In this document: positions 1 through 10,937 of the stretch, piece by piece
Numbering within the stretch: position 1 is the stretch's first letter
Layout: every line of letters starts with the position of its first letter
NCBI GenBank assembly: GCA_965203305.1
Contig: OZ241874.1
Coordinates: 3,697,687-3,761,686, forward strand
Source: Rhodothermales bacterium
GTDB taxonomy: Bacteria; Bacteroidota; Rhodothermia; Rhodothermales; Bin80
Direction: 5' to 3'
Length of the DNA: 64,000 bases
Translations under genes and position numbers: made by a program
The notes under the pieces: model-generated
The model's database searches: none
What the model was told of the DNA's origin: nothing
What the model saw: only the letters and a program-made list of their open reading frames with translations

Positions 1-525
1 GCATATTATACAGGCAGAACGGAGGGGCTTGACGATGATCATATTGTCCGGCTTGTGGAGATGTTTCGTGATACTCCCGTGGAGGAAGGGTTTCGGAAGC
101 AAGATCTTGTGGCAGAGCTAGGCGAACCTGGGTTTGAGCAGGCGGTCTGTAAGGGCGTCCTTTATTATAGCAACCCCTTGTACACCCTTCCTATTCCGTC
201 CCTGTATGATTACCTGACAGAAAGAGCCTTGCGAATTCGAGAGGCCACATTGCGCTACGAGCGGGTCAAGAAACAGAGACAGGCAAGTCGCCACCTTACA
301 AGAGATGTTTCCGGGCAACAGCCGGAGTCGAAAGATCAATCTGAGGCGGAGGGTTCCCAAAAGGAAGCGGGAAACCATACTCCAGACAGTCCCTCCCCCG
401 AAAAAGAGGAGGGAAAAGAACCCACGATACTCAAATCGGAAGAAGGCAATCCTCGTCAGGAACCTCCACCGGGCAGAGATTCTTCCAACAGTGATCGGGA
501 CACAGACATGGGAATGGAGAGATAG
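1..525 (+). CDS. C-terminal part of an ORC/Cdc6-like (AAA_16-type) P-loop ATPase paralog; the 5' end lies outside the window
   Basis: Frame 1 is open from base 1 (AYYTGRTEGLDDDHIVRLVEMFRD...). It aligns collinearly with the C-terminal third of the 464-aa ATPase at 18761..20155 (EYYEARTKGLKDDHVLRLEEMFRS...). The last 85 aa are 75/85 identical by hand alignment. TAG stop at 523-525. Confidence 0.65.
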   Translation, partial: AYYTGRTEGLDDDHIVRLVEMFRDTPVEEGFRKQDLVAELGEPGFEQAVCKGVLYYSNPLYTLPIPSLYDYLTERALRIREATLRYERVKKQRQASRHLTRDVSGQQPESKDQSEAEGSQKEAGNHTPDSPSPEKEEGKEPTILKSEEGNPRQEPPPGRDSSNSDRDTDMGMER

Positions 526-558
526 CCTCTCTTGCGGATTTTGCTGGATAAATCCCAA
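271..558. repeat. Left copy of a ~290-bp inverted repeat (ATPase 3' coding tail plus 28-nt hairpin motif at 531-558)
   Basis: The block from aaacagagacaggcaagtcgccacc (271) through cttgcggattttgctggataaatcccaa (531-558) recurs as a reverse complement at 18714-19015. There are few substitutions and one ~12-nt indel after the stop codon. Confidence 0.8.
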
Positions 559-857
559 TTCTTTCCGGTAGATCAACTGCATTCTGCATTCGGACTGTAT
601 GATGCCTCCAACCTGGAAGCCAAAAATCACAGTTGCAATATAAGCCGTTGTCTATGTCAGGATATCAGGATCCATAAACAGATTCATGTGGTGAAACCTG
701 GACGCTTGTCTTAGTGCATCGTGAAACCCTCTGGTTCCCATAAAATCCGTATTCGCCAGCCTCCTGAAATGCTGTGAGGAGGATCGCATACCCGCCAGTA
801 TCTGCCTGCATACATCATAACCGGAATTCAGAGATATTTTGGCGGAAAGCTCACAAG

Positions 858-1634
858 TCAACTTGATTCAAGGATCATGCCGTCATAGCCGAATCGCATG
901 TTCGCAGGAAGCTGGGCACTCTCCCGCCTGTGAAGTACCTGGTGTGCCATGTGTGTGAATACAGTCTGTTTGGCCCCAATCCTGCGAGCAGTCCCTATGG
1001 ATTCAGCAATAGAAAAATGCCGGGGATGCCTCTTCGGGCGAAGTGCATCCAGCACCAGCAGATCCAGTTCTTCCAGTTTGTCATACTCGGTCTCGGGAAT
1101 ATGGCTCACATCGGTCAGATACGCAAAATTCCCCAGCCTGTATCCGTTCAGGGGCATGCTTCCATGCAGCAGCTCAATCGGGATTACATGGACCCGTCCA
1201 GAATCTCCATACCGGCTCTGGATCTCAAATGGAGCCTCAGCAGCCATCAAATCCAGCACTCCCGGATAAGCTCTGGACGTACCAAAGATGTAGGGGAAGA
1301 TTCTCTCCAGAGCATCCATGCCCTCCCTGTGAGCAAAACATGGAATGGGGGCCTTGCAGTCGAAAAAGTACGGCCGCATATCATCCAGCCCCATCACATG
1401 GTCATAATGATGATGAGTCCACAGGACCGCATCCACACGCCGAATCCGGGCTCGCAGCATCTGCTCCCGAAAGTCCGGCCCCGTATCAATGACAATGCTG
1501 AGGCTTCCCGCCTGCACATGGCAGGCTGTACGCAACCGCTGATCTCTCGGGTCCGTGGAATGACAGGTCTCGCAATCGCACCCGATCATGGGAACCCCCA
1601 CAGACGTACCCGTACCCAGTAATGTGATGCGCAT
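858..1634 (-). CDS. MBL-fold metallo-hydrolase (PhnP-like)
   Basis: 258-aa ORF with N-terminus MRITLLGTGTSVGVP. It carries the HxHxDH metal motif (WTHHHYDHVMGLDD). Confidence 0.75.
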   Translation of the reverse strand: MRITLLGTGTSVGVPMIGCDCETCHSTDPRDQRLRTACHVQAGSLSIVIDTGPDFREQMLRARIRRVDAVLWTHHHYDHVMGLDDMRPYFFDCKAPIPCFAHREGMDALERIFPYIFGTSRAYPGVLDLMAAEAPFEIQSRYGDSGRVHVIPIELLHGSMPLNGYRLGNFAYLTDVSHIPETEYDKLEELDLLVLDALRPKRHPRHFSIAESIGTARRIGAKQTVFTHMAHQVLHRRESAQLPANMRFGYDGMILESS

Positions 1635-1640
1635 GCATTT

Positions 1641-1910
1641 TCACTCGGCTGAGTACTGTCGGATAATGGATTCCACACGCTTGCGGACATCCTTTCGCAT
1701 GGAAATCTCCTGCAGCTGCACCTCCTTCAGTATACGTGCCAGAACCCCTAGATGCACCTCCGTGGGATGATGCCGGTTCAGAATAATCAGTTTGCTGCCC
1801 TCCAGTATACAGGATCCCCCCTGAAACAGTCCCTTGTCCCACCGAACCGTATACCCGGATTTTTTGGCTACATCCTCCATGGTGTGCAGAATGGAAGTGT
1901 CTTTTGCCAT
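1641..1910 (-). CDS. Hypothetical small protein (89 aa)
   Basis: The ORF fills the gap between two same-strand genes exactly (6-bp and 2-bp spacers). No recognisable motif. Confidence 0.4.
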   Translation of the reverse strand: MAKDTSILHTMEDVAKKSGYTVRWDKGLFQGGSCILEGSKLIILNRHHPTEVHLGVLARILKEVQLQEISMRKDVRKRVESIIRQYSAE

Positions 1911-1912
1911 GC

Positions 1913-2614
1913 TCAGAACCAGATTCCTGCGGACATGGTGTGTACCGTGCCGGCATGATCGTAGAGTTCATCCACCGCCTCGGAAAAAACTCTGGAGCCG
2001 TTCACATTCCAGAGCTGGTAGCGAAAGGAATACCCGACTGTGAGTCCGAGACTGGAGAGAATCCTGGCAATGCCAAGGCACACCTCTGCATCTGCGGCCC
2101 AGGAAAATCCTGCGGCATCCGCAACCTGACTGGTAGTGATCCCGGCGAGCGGCATGACCCGCAGTTCCAGCTCCATGCGGCGATTCAGATTGTGCATCAG
2201 GCTTCCCCCTGCTCCGAGCATAATTGCACTTGCTCGGAAAGGAATGACATCATCACTTCCTGCCGTGAGCCTGCGCCATGCAACCAGAAAACCTATGGGC
2301 ATGGCAATAACTGTTTTCGCACGCTGGCTCTTCGCAAAAGCGGGCAGAATCCAGCCCATTGCAGATAGATCCAGCAGCGTCCTGTCCCCCTCAGGACGGG
2401 CAAAGAGTCCAGCCGCACGAACCTGCGGACCAGCATAGGAAAGTCCAACCCCGATTCCCTTGTACTCGAATGGCATCCCTGCCCCTGCCGAACCTGCATA
2501 CGCATGATCAATTCTCCCCACACTGAATGCCACAGCATGCCTGTTCCGCTGAATAAAATCTCCCTGCGCCACTGCCACATCCATGCTGACCAGCATCAGA
2601 GCAGGGAGTGACAT
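1913..2614 (-). CDS. Putative outer-membrane beta-barrel-like protein
   Basis: I trimmed the start to ATG 2614 (MSLPALMLVSMDVAVAQ, signal-peptide-like) to remove the overlap with the upstream gene. The sequence has alternating Gly/aromatic-rich segments and a C-terminal ...SAGIWF ending in Phe. Confidence 0.4.
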   Translation of the reverse strand: MSLPALMLVSMDVAVAQGDFIQRNRHAVAFSVGRIDHAYAGSAGAGMPFEYKGIGVGLSYAGPQVRAAGLFARPEGDRTLLDLSAMGWILPAFAKSQRAKTVIAMPIGFLVAWRRLTAGSDDVIPFRASAIMLGAGGSLMHNLNRRMELELRVMPLAGITTSQVADAAGFSWAADAEVCLGIARILSSLGLTVGYSFRYQLWNVNGSRVFSEAVDELYDHAGTVHTMSAGIWF

Positions 2615-2633
2615 GAAAATCCTGCACAGGTTC

Positions 2634-4391
2634 CTAGTCATCCGTTGCCGCATCCTCTTGTCGGCGGGGTGCTCGCTTCCGGGATGCCTGACCATTATTG
2701 CTGCGACGCGGACTGGACTGTTTCCGGGAATCTTCGGACTGGGTACGCTGCTTCGGAGCAGAAGGGGGCTTTTTGGATGGAGCCTGCCGGGACTTTGCCT
2801 TGTTGATGCGGACCATCCGGGGACTCAAGTCCGTAATGTCATGCTCACTCACAGCATCCAGAAACCGGAACTCGTCCGTGGACATGGTTTTCGTTCCGAC
2901 AACCGTAATATGATGCTTGTACTGACGCTGCCATTTTGATTTCAGAGTGCGACCCCAGCGGCCCTTTTCTATCCATGCGGCCGTAAACGGATGAACCCGC
3001 AGATGCAGGCTCCCGCCATCATGCTTGTCCAGCCACTGCGTGATTTTCTTTTCAAGAAACTCCGGGTCCGGAGGGGGAATGCGGTTTATCCGGGATTTTT
3101 TCGCCAGCTGGTGTGTGGAGGTAACACTGACTCGCTTGCGCTCGCGTGAAATCTGGACGATCCCGAGCTCGCTCATCGGAAGATTGTCGGTCTGCACCCG
3201 GTCCGTGCCAAGGGCTTTTGCGAGAGCTTCATCCACTTTTTTTCGATTCTCCCCCTGCCGCAGATCAATAAAATCAATCACGATCAGCCCGCTTAAATCA
3301 CGCAACCGAATTTGCCGGGCAATCACCTCCACCGCCTCAAGGTTGACCTGAAGTGCCAGCGACTCTGCATTCTGCCTTGTGCGGGTTCGCCCGGAATTCA
3401 CATCAATCACATGCATGGCTTCGGTTGCCTCAATGATCAGAGACCCGCCAGAGGGCAGACTGACCTGTGTATCAAACACCTCATTAATCTGGTCCTGGAT
3501 TCCCGCAACAGCAAAAACAGACTCGCGGCCCTTGTGCTGCTTCACGGCCTGAATCATGTGCGGAGCAACCGCAAGAATGTATCCGCGGATAGCCCGATAC
3601 ATGCGGTAGTTGTCTACCAGAATGCGGGAAAAATCGTCAGAAAACAAATCCCGAATAATGGACGAGGCAAGATTCACATCCTCATGCAGCTTTACGGGCG
3701 GCTGGGGATTCCCCTGCAGGGATTTTTCCACCTTCTCCCAGCGATCCATCAAAAACTGCAAGTCTGTTTCCAGTGACTGCCCGTCTCTGCCTTCGGCAAC
3801 CGTGCGGGCGATAAGACCAAATCCGGAAGGCCGGATTTTCTTGATGATTGTACGCAGGCGCTGCCGCTCCGCTCTGCTTGCGATTCTTCTTGAGACGGCT
3901 CCATAGTCTGCCAGGGGGATCAATACAAGAAAGCGGCCAGCCAGCGAGATATCTGTGGAGAGCCGGGGGCTCTTGCTGTGGTAGGGTTCCTTGGTGATCG
4001 TGACCAGAATCTTCTGTCTGGATTTCAGGAGGTTCGAATCGCCCCATCGGCGACGGGAGGAGTCCTGCTGCGAAGATGGCTTCTCCTGCTTTGATGCCCA
4101 TGCCTCCATGACTTTGGATACACGCGGGGTGTTCTCATTTACAAACGCAAGCTGCTGCTCCAGATTGGAGGCGAGGTCGGAGAAATGCAAAAATCCATGC
4201 TGCCCTTCCCCGATATCCACGAATGCAGCCCGAAGGCCTGACCGGAATGCTTCAATGCGCCCCAGAAAGATGTCTCCTACGGTTCGCTCGTTCTCTGGAC
4301 TTTCAATGTAAAACTCGGCCAGCTTTCCCTCTTCAACGATGGCAATCCTCGTCTCCTTGGGAGTGGTATTAATAATAATTTCTTTTGACAT
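2634..4391 (-). CDS. rng: Rne/Rng-family ribonuclease (RNase E/G) with a basic C-terminal tail
   Basis: MSKEIIINTTPKETRIAIVEEGKL start and an S1-like segment (GDIFLGRIEAFRSGLRAAFVDIGEGQHGFLH). Catalytic-core segment HVIDVNSGR. I trimmed the start from the track ORF to ATG 4391. Arg/Lys/Ser/Pro-rich tail. Confidence 0.85.
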   Translation of the reverse strand: MSKEIIINTTPKETRIAIVEEGKLAEFYIESPENERTVGDIFLGRIEAFRSGLRAAFVDIGEGQHGFLHFSDLASNLEQQLAFVNENTPRVSKVMEAWASKQEKPSSQQDSSRRRWGDSNLLKSRQKILVTITKEPYHSKSPRLSTDISLAGRFLVLIPLADYGAVSRRIASRAERQRLRTIIKKIRPSGFGLIARTVAEGRDGQSLETDLQFLMDRWEKVEKSLQGNPQPPVKLHEDVNLASSIIRDLFSDDFSRILVDNYRMYRAIRGYILAVAPHMIQAVKQHKGRESVFAVAGIQDQINEVFDTQVSLPSGGSLIIEATEAMHVIDVNSGRTRTRQNAESLALQVNLEAVEVIARQIRLRDLSGLIVIDFIDLRQGENRKKVDEALAKALGTDRVQTDNLPMSELGIVQISRERKRVSVTSTHQLAKKSRINRIPPPDPEFLEKKITQWLDKHDGGSLHLRVHPFTAAWIEKGRWGRTLKSKWQRQYKHHITVVGTKTMSTDEFRFLDAVSEHDITDLSPRMVRINKAKSRQAPSKKPPSAPKQRTQSEDSRKQSSPRRSNNGQASRKRAPRRQEDAATDD

Positions 4392-4929
4392 GGGTGTAAC
4401 TTGAACGCGCCTCATGCGGACCCATTGATACGAATTCCGCTGTTCTTGCCTGTGAAGCAAGGTCTGGCTGGATTGCCGAGGGAATCATCGTATGCCGGAC
4501 ATCAACTTCGTGCCACATAAGGGCCCGCCTTCAACCTTGATGTAATCAGATTTGGAGTATTGTGGGAGCCTGACATACCCTTCTCCCCGAAAGAGGATTT
4601 CTGCTGCGTACAGGCGTGGCACTATTGAGCCACATTCAAAACGCTTCAGAGGGTTTCTGTTGCTGACAGCCAATACTGTCCGCTGCCCGGGCAAACGGGA
4701 GCATGCCATGCCTCTGTTTCACTAATATACAAAACGCAGAGGGCTTTTGTTCACATCAAGAGGCTGCCCGCTCATTAACAAGAGTTTCTGTCCTGTCATG
4801 TTCACCGGAAGAACGAAGTGATTTTTGCAGTTTATTAAATCTGCTAGCCCAAATCAGGCACATCACAAGGGTTGTCACGTTAAACGGGGAAATTAACTGG
4901 CCAGCTCTTCTCTGCTGCAATCATTTAGA

Positions 4930-6093
4930 ATGAATCCGTCAAATATTGCACCGACCGGCCAGGATCGTCTTGTAAAGGGACTTGAAGGGGTAATTGCACT
5001 GAACTCGTCTATCTGTTACATTGACGGGGGGAAAGGAACCCTGGTGTACCGGGGATACGCAATTGAAGACCTGGCGGCAAACAGCAACTTCGCGGATGTA
5101 GCCCATCTTCTCTGGCACGGACACCTCCCCGCCGAACACGAGCGGCTGGACGAACAGCTTGCCAGCCTCCGCACCGTACCGGAAGCGGTTCTGAAACTGC
5201 TTGGGGAACTGCCGTCCAGCTTTGATCCGATGGCGGCACTGCGCACCGGCATTTCTCTGCTCTCGCATTACGATCCCGAAGCCAACAACAACTCTCGCGA
5301 AGCCAACTACCAGAAGGCTCTCCGTCTGACGGCACAGATTCCTGTTCTGGTGGCAGCTCTGGCGCGACACCGTTATGGCAGGCCTCCCGTCGCTCCGCGA
5401 ACGGCAGGCAATACGGCGGAGAATTTTCTGTACATGCTCACTGGGGAAGAGCCGGGTTCTCGCGCTGCGGAGGCCCTGGATGCATCCCTGGTTCTGCATG
5501 CAGAACACGGCCTCAACGCTTCCACCTTTGCAGCACGTGTCATTGGAGCTACGCTCAGTGACATGTACTCTGCCATTACTGGTGGAATCGCAGCACTCAA
5601 GGGTGCTCTGCACGGGGGGGCAAATACGCGCGTCATGCTGATGCTCCTGGAGCTTCGCCAGAGCGGGGAAGATCCTGCAGAGTTTGTCCGAAGGAAACTT
5701 GCCGCAAAAGAACGCATTATGGGGTTTGGACACCGCGTCTACAAGACGCTGGATCCACGAGCAGATGTTTTGCGCCGAATGCTCATTGAACTGGAACGGG
5801 AGCGGGGAGGCACATACTGGGTGGATCTGTGCTCTTCGCTGAGCCGAACCATGAACGAAGAGAAAGGCATTCGTGCCAATGTAGATTTTTACAGCGGGCC
5901 CATCTATCACCTTCTGGGAATTGAGCCGGATTTTTACACAACCCTCTTTGTAATGGGGCGCATCACCGGGTGGACAGCACATCTCCTGGAACAGTGGGAA
6001 GATAATCGTCTGATTCGCCCCCGGGCAGCATATATGGGACCGATGGGACTCAAGCTCAACGATGCCGCCTCGGCAGACGCGTCATTATCCTGA
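4930..6093 (+). CDS. gltA: Citrate synthase (short, ~380-aa type)
   Basis: GFGHRVYK signature, LHGGAN and HAEHGLNAST motifs. 387 aa. Confidence 0.9.
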   Translation: MNPSNIAPTGQDRLVKGLEGVIALNSSICYIDGGKGTLVYRGYAIEDLAANSNFADVAHLLWHGHLPAEHERLDEQLASLRTVPEAVLKLLGELPSSFDPMAALRTGISLLSHYDPEANNNSREANYQKALRLTAQIPVLVAALARHRYGRPPVAPRTAGNTAENFLYMLTGEEPGSRAAEALDASLVLHAEHGLNASTFAARVIGATLSDMYSAITGGIAALKGALHGGANTRVMLMLLELRQSGEDPAEFVRRKLAAKERIMGFGHRVYKTLDPRADVLRRMLIELERERGGTYWVDLCSSLSRTMNEEKGIRANVDFYSGPIYHLLGIEPDFYTTLFVMGRITGWTAHLLEQWEDNRLIRPRAAYMGPMGLKLNDAASADASLS

Positions 6094-6146
6094 GAACACA
6101 AGGGCACCTGACTGGTATACAGCTCACCTGAGGATTCCTGCTCGCA

Positions 6147-6836
6147 ATGAAGATAATGACTGCCCTTCTGTCTCCGGTTGGCCGCAAGGTTCTGACCGGA
6201 GTTACGGGAATCGGTCTGGTGGCATTTGTGATTGCACACATGATCGGGAACCTGACCTATCTCTCTCCCAATCCCGATACGTACAATGAATACGCCTACA
6301 AGCTGTTGAGTCTGGGGGGGATTTTTTACACGATTGAGATTCTGCTGGCACTCTGCTTTCTTCTGCATGCCGTTGTCGGAATCTCCATTCAGGTGCGGCG
6401 GCGCAAATCACGTCCGGTTGGATACAAGATGTACAAGAGTGCCGGCAAGCCCAGCAAGTCCGGGTACAGTGCCCGCTCCATGATCCTGACCGGGATCATC
6501 CTTCTCGGATTCCTGATCCTGCATCTGAACTCATTCAAGTACGGACCCGGGATAAACGAGGGATACACAGCCTCCCTTGAGGGAATCGGGGAGGTGCGGG
6601 ACTTGCGTCGCCTGATGACTGAAAAATTCCAGGAGCCTCTCTATGCATTCGGATACCCGGCTGTCATGATCCTCCTTGGAATGCATATGCGACATGGCGT
6701 ATGGAGTGCCCTGCAATCTCTCGGGACGATGAGCCGCAGGCTTTCTCCCTACATCTACGCGATTGCCGCTGTATTGGGATTCCTGGTGGCTACGGGATTC
6801 CTGTTTGTTCCACTGTATATCTACTTCGGGGGATAG
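6147..6836 (+). CDS. sdhC: Succinate dehydrogenase / fumarate reductase cytochrome b subunit (b558 type)
   Basis: 229-aa polytopic membrane ORF with conserved His in the predicted helices. It sits directly upstream of the flavoprotein and Fe-S subunits (stop abuts the sdhA start). Confidence 0.8.
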   Translation: MKIMTALLSPVGRKVLTGVTGIGLVAFVIAHMIGNLTYLSPNPDTYNEYAYKLLSLGGIFYTIEILLALCFLLHAVVGISIQVRRRKSRPVGYKMYKSAGKPSKSGYSARSMILTGIILLGFLILHLNSFKYGPGINEGYTASLEGIGEVRDLRRLMTEKFQEPLYAFGYPAVMILLGMHMRHGVWSALQSLGTMSRRLSPYIYAIAAVLGFLVATGFLFVPLYIYFGG

Positions 6837-8789
6837 ATGTGCATGATTACAACTCCGCCAGAATCATCACACAGTCCCCAGCTGGACTCCAGGGTGCCAT
6901 CCGGTCACCTTCAGGAGAAGTGGGATATTTACAAGAATGCCGTCTCCCTAGTGAGTCCGGCCAACAAGCGTTCTCACCATGTTCTCGTTGTGGGATCTGG
7001 ACTGGCTGGTGCCTCTGCCACTGCCACGCTTGCCGGGCTGGGCTACAATGTGACCTGCTTCTGTATTCAGGACTCTGCTAGAAGGGCCCACTCAATTGCA
7101 GCACAGGGCGGAATCAATGCGGCAAAGAACTATCCAAATGACGGAGACACCGTCTGGCGACTCTTCTATGATACCATAAAAGGAGGAGATTATCGCTCAA
7201 GAGAGGCAAATGTCTACCGGCTTGCTCAGGTGTCCAACAATATTATTGACCAGGCGGTAGCCCAGGGGGTTCCTTTCGCCCGCGAGTATGGAGGAGTCCT
7301 CTCCAATCGTTCCTTTGGCGGTGCACAGGTTTCGCGCACCTTCTATGCAAGGGGCCAGACAGGACAACAACTCCTGCTCGGGGCCTACCAGGCACTCAGC
7401 CATCAGATTGCTGCAGGGCGTGTAAAAATGCTGCCTCGCAGAGAGATGGTTGATCTGGTTGTAACCAATGACCGTGCCAGCGGAGTCATCATACGGAACC
7501 TGATTACCGGCGAACTGGAGCGGTATGCAGGCGATGCTGTCCTGCTCTGCACCGGAGGGTATGGCAATGTGTACTATCTGTCCACGAATGCCAAAAATTC
7601 CAACGTGACCGCAGCGTGGCGCTGCCACAGGCGGGGAGCATTTTTCGCCAATCCGTGCTATACCCAGATTCATCCAACATGTATCCCGGTTTCGGGGGAC
7701 TATCAGTCCAAGCTCACACTGATGAGCGAAAGCCTGCGGAATGACGGCCGGGTATGGGTTCCAAAAGATCCGAAAGACACCCGTGCACCGGAACTGATCC
7801 CGGAGGATGCACGGGATTACTATCTGGAACGACGCTATCCCAGCTTTGGCAACCTCGTCCCCAGAGATGTGGCCTCACGGGCCTCAAAGAAAGAATGTGA
7901 TGCCGGCCGGGGCGTTGGGGAGACACGGCTTGCTGTCTATCTTGATTTTCGGGATTCCATTCAGCGTCTGGGGGAGCAGACGATCCGGGAACGCTATGGA
8001 AATCTCTTCGAGATGTACGAGCGCATCACCGGCGATAATCCATACAGGACCCCCATGCGGATCTACCCGGCAGTACACTACACAATGGGCGGGCTGTGGG
8101 TAGATTACGAGCTTCAGAGCACAGTGCCAGGACTGTTCGTGCTTGGAGAGGCAAACTTTAGCGATCACGGGGCCAACCGGCTGGGGGCGAGTGCACTGAT
8201 GCAGGGACTGGCGGATGGATACTTTGTAATCCCGTACACGCTTGGAGCCTATCTGGCAGGGACCAGTCAGTCGGAACAGGTTCCTGAAACACACGACAGT
8301 TTTGCTGCTGTAGAAGAGGAAGCCGGAGCAAGGATTGACCGAATGCTCACGAACAGGGGAAACAAGTCGCCAACCCAGTTTCACCGTGAGCTGGGCCGTC
8401 TGGTCTGGGACCACATCGGAATGGCACGAAATCGTAGCGGACTGGAATCCTCTCTCCGTGCCATTGAAAATCTAAAAGAAGAATTCTGGGAACGCGTCCG
8501 CGTACCGGGATCCGCCAGCAGATACAACAAGAACCTGGAATTTGCCGGACGTGTCGCTGATTTTATTGAGCTGGGTGCTCTGATGGCGCGAGATGCGCTC
8601 TGGCGGGAAGAATCCTGCGGGGGACATTTTCGTGAAGAGTATCAGACTCCCGAAGGAGAAGCAGCACGGAATGACGAGAAGTTTGCAAATGTCGCGGCAT
8701 GGGAGTATAACGGAAGCGGGGATCCCGTACTGCATCGTGAAGAGCTTGCCTTTGAAAATGTGGAGCCATCCAAACGCAGCTATAAATAG
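6837..8789 (+). CDS. sdhA: Succinate dehydrogenase / fumarate reductase flavoprotein subunit
   Basis: FAD-binding [11 protein letters not shown] and the [12 protein letters not shown] covalent-FAD histidine segment. 650 aa. Confidence 0.9.
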   Translation: MCMITTPPESSHSPQLDSRVPSGHLQEKWDIYKNAVSLVSPANKRSHHVLVVGSGLAGASATATLAGLGYNVTCFCIQDSARRAHSIAAQGGINAAKNYPNDGDTVWRLFYDTIKGGDYRSREANVYRLAQVSNNIIDQAVAQGVPFAREYGGVLSNRSFGGAQVSRTFYARGQTGQQLLLGAYQALSHQIAAGRVKMLPRREMVDLVVTNDRASGVIIRNLITGELERYAGDAVLLCTGGYGNVYYLSTNAKNSNVTAAWRCHRRGAFFANPCYTQIHPTCIPVSGDYQSKLTLMSESLRNDGRVWVPKDPKDTRAPELIPEDARDYYLERRYPSFGNLVPRDVASRASKKECDAGRGVGETRLAVYLDFRDSIQRLGEQTIRERYGNLFEMYERITGDNPYRTPMRIYPAVHYTMGGLWVDYELQSTVPGLFVLGEANFSDHGANRLGASALMQGLADGYFVIPYTLGAYLAGTSQSEQVPETHDSFAAVEEEAGARIDRMLTNRGNKSPTQFHRELGRLVWDHIGMARNRSGLESSLRAIENLKEEFWERVRVPGSASRYNKNLEFAGRVADFIELGALMARDALWREESCGGHFREEYQTPEGEAARNDEKFANVAAWEYNGSGDPVLHREELAFENVEPSKRSYK

Positions 8790-8793
8790 TGCC

Positions 8794-9537
8794 ATGATCA
8801 TTCACCTGCGCATCTGGAGACAGGAGGGACCGGACTCCAAAGGAAAACTTGTAGACTATACGGTCGCGGAAGCGAGCCCGCACATGTCGTTCCTTGAGCT
8901 TCTGGATGTGCTCAACGAACAGCTTCTGGCAAATGGAGAGGAGCCTGTGGAGTTTGACAGCGACTGCCGTGAGGGAATTTGCGGCTCCTGTGGTCTGATG
9001 GTGGCCGGCATTGCACACGGACCCCAAAAACGTACCGCAGTCTGCCAGCTCCATATGCGGAGTTTCAGGGACGGGGACACGATTACGGTGGAGCCTTTCC
9101 GGGCACGGGCATTTCCGGTAATTCGGGATCTGGTTGTGGATCGGAGCGCATTTGACCGCATCATTGCGGCGCACGGGTATGTTTCCGTCACCACCGGATC
9201 CGCACCGGACGCAAATGCCATTCCCATTCCAAAGGATGAGGCAGACGAAGCGATGGACTATGCAGCCTGTATTGGTTGTGGTGCCTGTGTTGCGGCATGT
9301 CCGAATGGCAGTGCATCGCTCTTTACGGCGGCAAAGATTGCACACCTTGGTCTGCTCCCGCAGGGACAGGTTGAAGCATCAGAGCGCGTCATGGCCATGG
9401 TAGACCAGATGGATTCGGAAGGGTTTGGGGACTGTTCCAATTATGCCGAATGTGAGGCTGTCTGTCCAAAGGGAATTTCCGTAGCAGGGATTGCCCGTAT
9501 GCGGCGAGCGTACATGAAGGGGTTTCTTTCCGGGTAG
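8794..9537 (+). CDS. sdhB: Succinate dehydrogenase / fumarate reductase iron-sulfur subunit
   Basis: I trimmed the start to ATG 8794 ([10 protein letters not shown]). Cys clusters [22 protein letters not shown] and [12 protein letters not shown]. Confidence 0.9.
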   Translation: MIIHLRIWRQEGPDSKGKLVDYTVAEASPHMSFLELLDVLNEQLLANGEEPVEFDSDCREGICGSCGLMVAGIAHGPQKRTAVCQLHMRSFRDGDTITVEPFRARAFPVIRDLVVDRSAFDRIIAAHGYVSVTTGSAPDANAIPIPKDEADEAMDYAACIGCGACVAACPNGSASLFTAAKIAHLGLLPQGQVEASERVMAMVDQMDSEGFGDCSNYAECEAVCPKGISVAGIARMRRAYMKGFLSG

Positions 9538-9582
9538 CTACTTCTCTCTCCCCGCATTCATTCACTATCTCTCCGAGGCAGC

Positions 9583-10839
9583 TTGCCAATCGTCGTCCAC
9601 CTCTTAATACTATTCATCTCGATTTATGTCATCATAAAATCGAGTGATGTTCTCTTGGGTACTGCCATCGGGATAGGGCGCAGGGCCCGCTTGAATGACT
9701 ACTTTGTCGGCAGTTTCCTGATCGGAATCGGAACCTCTCTGCCTGAGCTCTTTACCTCTGTTGCCGCAGTGTATTCAGGCTCCCCAGCGCTGGTAGTTCC
9801 GACGGTGTTCGGGACTGTGACTGCCAATCTCGGGGCAGGATTTGGGCTAGGGGTTCTGGTCCTGTTCTTTTTTGTACGGGCGGAAGACAACCGATGGTAT
9901 TTCTTTAGCCGATCCCATGCGCTTTCTCCGGGGTATCTGGATTTTAGCCAGATTAGTAAGGTCACTGTCATTCTTGCTGCTCTTTCGGTCGTACTGACCC
10001 TGCTACTCTGTCTTGACGGGAAGTTTGATCGCCCTGATGCCTTGCTGTTTGCCATGCTTTATGCAGGCTTCATGGGCTGGGAATTCTATCGAAGTCGGAA
10101 CCAGGATGAACATGTAGCCTCTCCCCCCAAGCGAAAAGTTGATCCCAAGAAATCTCCGCGAATCCTGCAAAACAGAGCCATCCTGGAGATCGGCATTTCG
10201 GCTATTGCGCTTCTTTCTCTTCTATTTCCTGATGTATGGCAAGAATTGCGTGATATCGCAGCGAGAGATATTGCCTTCGGGTGCTTCATCGTCGGGCTGA
10301 TTTTATTATTCATATTTCAGATATGGGATTATCACCCGGAGCTGACACGCAAGGGAGGGCCAGAGAATACGAATGTGTCCAAGTTACACCCCTCCATTGC
10401 CATTCCCCTGCTGGGTTTCATCATTGCGGTCTTGTACTTTAGCGGTGTAACCGTCGTAGGATCTCTTGAGAAACTCTCAGAGGACCTGGGAATCAATTCA
10501 GGGATTCTTGCCGCCAGTGCACTGGCACTTGGCACCTCTCTTCCTGACATTGTCGTTGCCCTCAATGTTGTGCGACGCGGCCGACATGAACTCCTGGTCG
10601 GGCATATCTTTCAGTCAAATATCTTTGATGCGTTTCTGATCATGGCTGTTTGCGGACTGATTACCCGGCGGCTTCCGGTTGCAACAACGGGTTCGGCCAT
10701 GATTTCAATTATTGCGTCTGTGATTCTGACCCTCCCACTCCTTTGGATACTGCGCTCGCGAAAATTAACGGCTCTGGGAGGACTGGGGCTGTTTGCCGGT
10801 CTTCTGGCATTTCTGTTCCTTCTTTATTTTATGGAGTAG
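9583..10839 (+). CDS. Ca2+/cation antiporter family (CaCA, YrbG-like) membrane protein
   Basis: Two alpha-repeat signatures (GIGTSLPELF and LGTSLPDIVVAL). Polytopic. TTG start at 9583. Confidence 0.8.
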   Translation: MPIVVHLLILFISIYVIIKSSDVLLGTAIGIGRRARLNDYFVGSFLIGIGTSLPELFTSVAAVYSGSPALVVPTVFGTVTANLGAGFGLGVLVLFFFVRAEDNRWYFFSRSHALSPGYLDFSQISKVTVILAALSVVLTLLLCLDGKFDRPDALLFAMLYAGFMGWEFYRSRNQDEHVASPPKRKVDPKKSPRILQNRAILEIGISAIALLSLLFPDVWQELRDIAARDIAFGCFIVGLILLFIFQIWDYHPELTRKGGPENTNVSKLHPSIAIPLLGFIIAVLYFSGVTVVGSLEKLSEDLGINSGILAASALALGTSLPDIVVALNVVRRGRHELLVGHIFQSNIFDAFLIMAVCGLITRRLPVATTGSAMISIIASVILTLPLLWILRSRKLTALGGLGLFAGLLAFLFLLYFME

Positions 10840-10937
10840 ACGTATAGCCCTGCCTGTCCGAAAAATTGATGGCGCGATCCACAGAACATCCCGAAACCAG
10901 ATTGTGATCCTTTCAAGAGTCCTGATTCGGACTGTCC

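Noticed and set aside
118-630. 170-aa minus-strand ORF, and its look-alike at 18554..18958 on the plus strand. The two resemble each other.
   Set aside because: Their similarity is a by-product of the duplicated DNA (the ATPase tails). Both are antisense to the better-supported ATPase frames and have Arg/Leu/Phe-rich composition.
652-861. 69-aa ORF and other small ORFs in the 300-bp spacer after the first motif copy. I checked whether they are remnants of a dcm-like gene downstream of the ATPase paralog.
   Set aside because: No frame shows any resemblance to the Dcm N-terminus or to other cassette proteins, and no recognisable motif is present.
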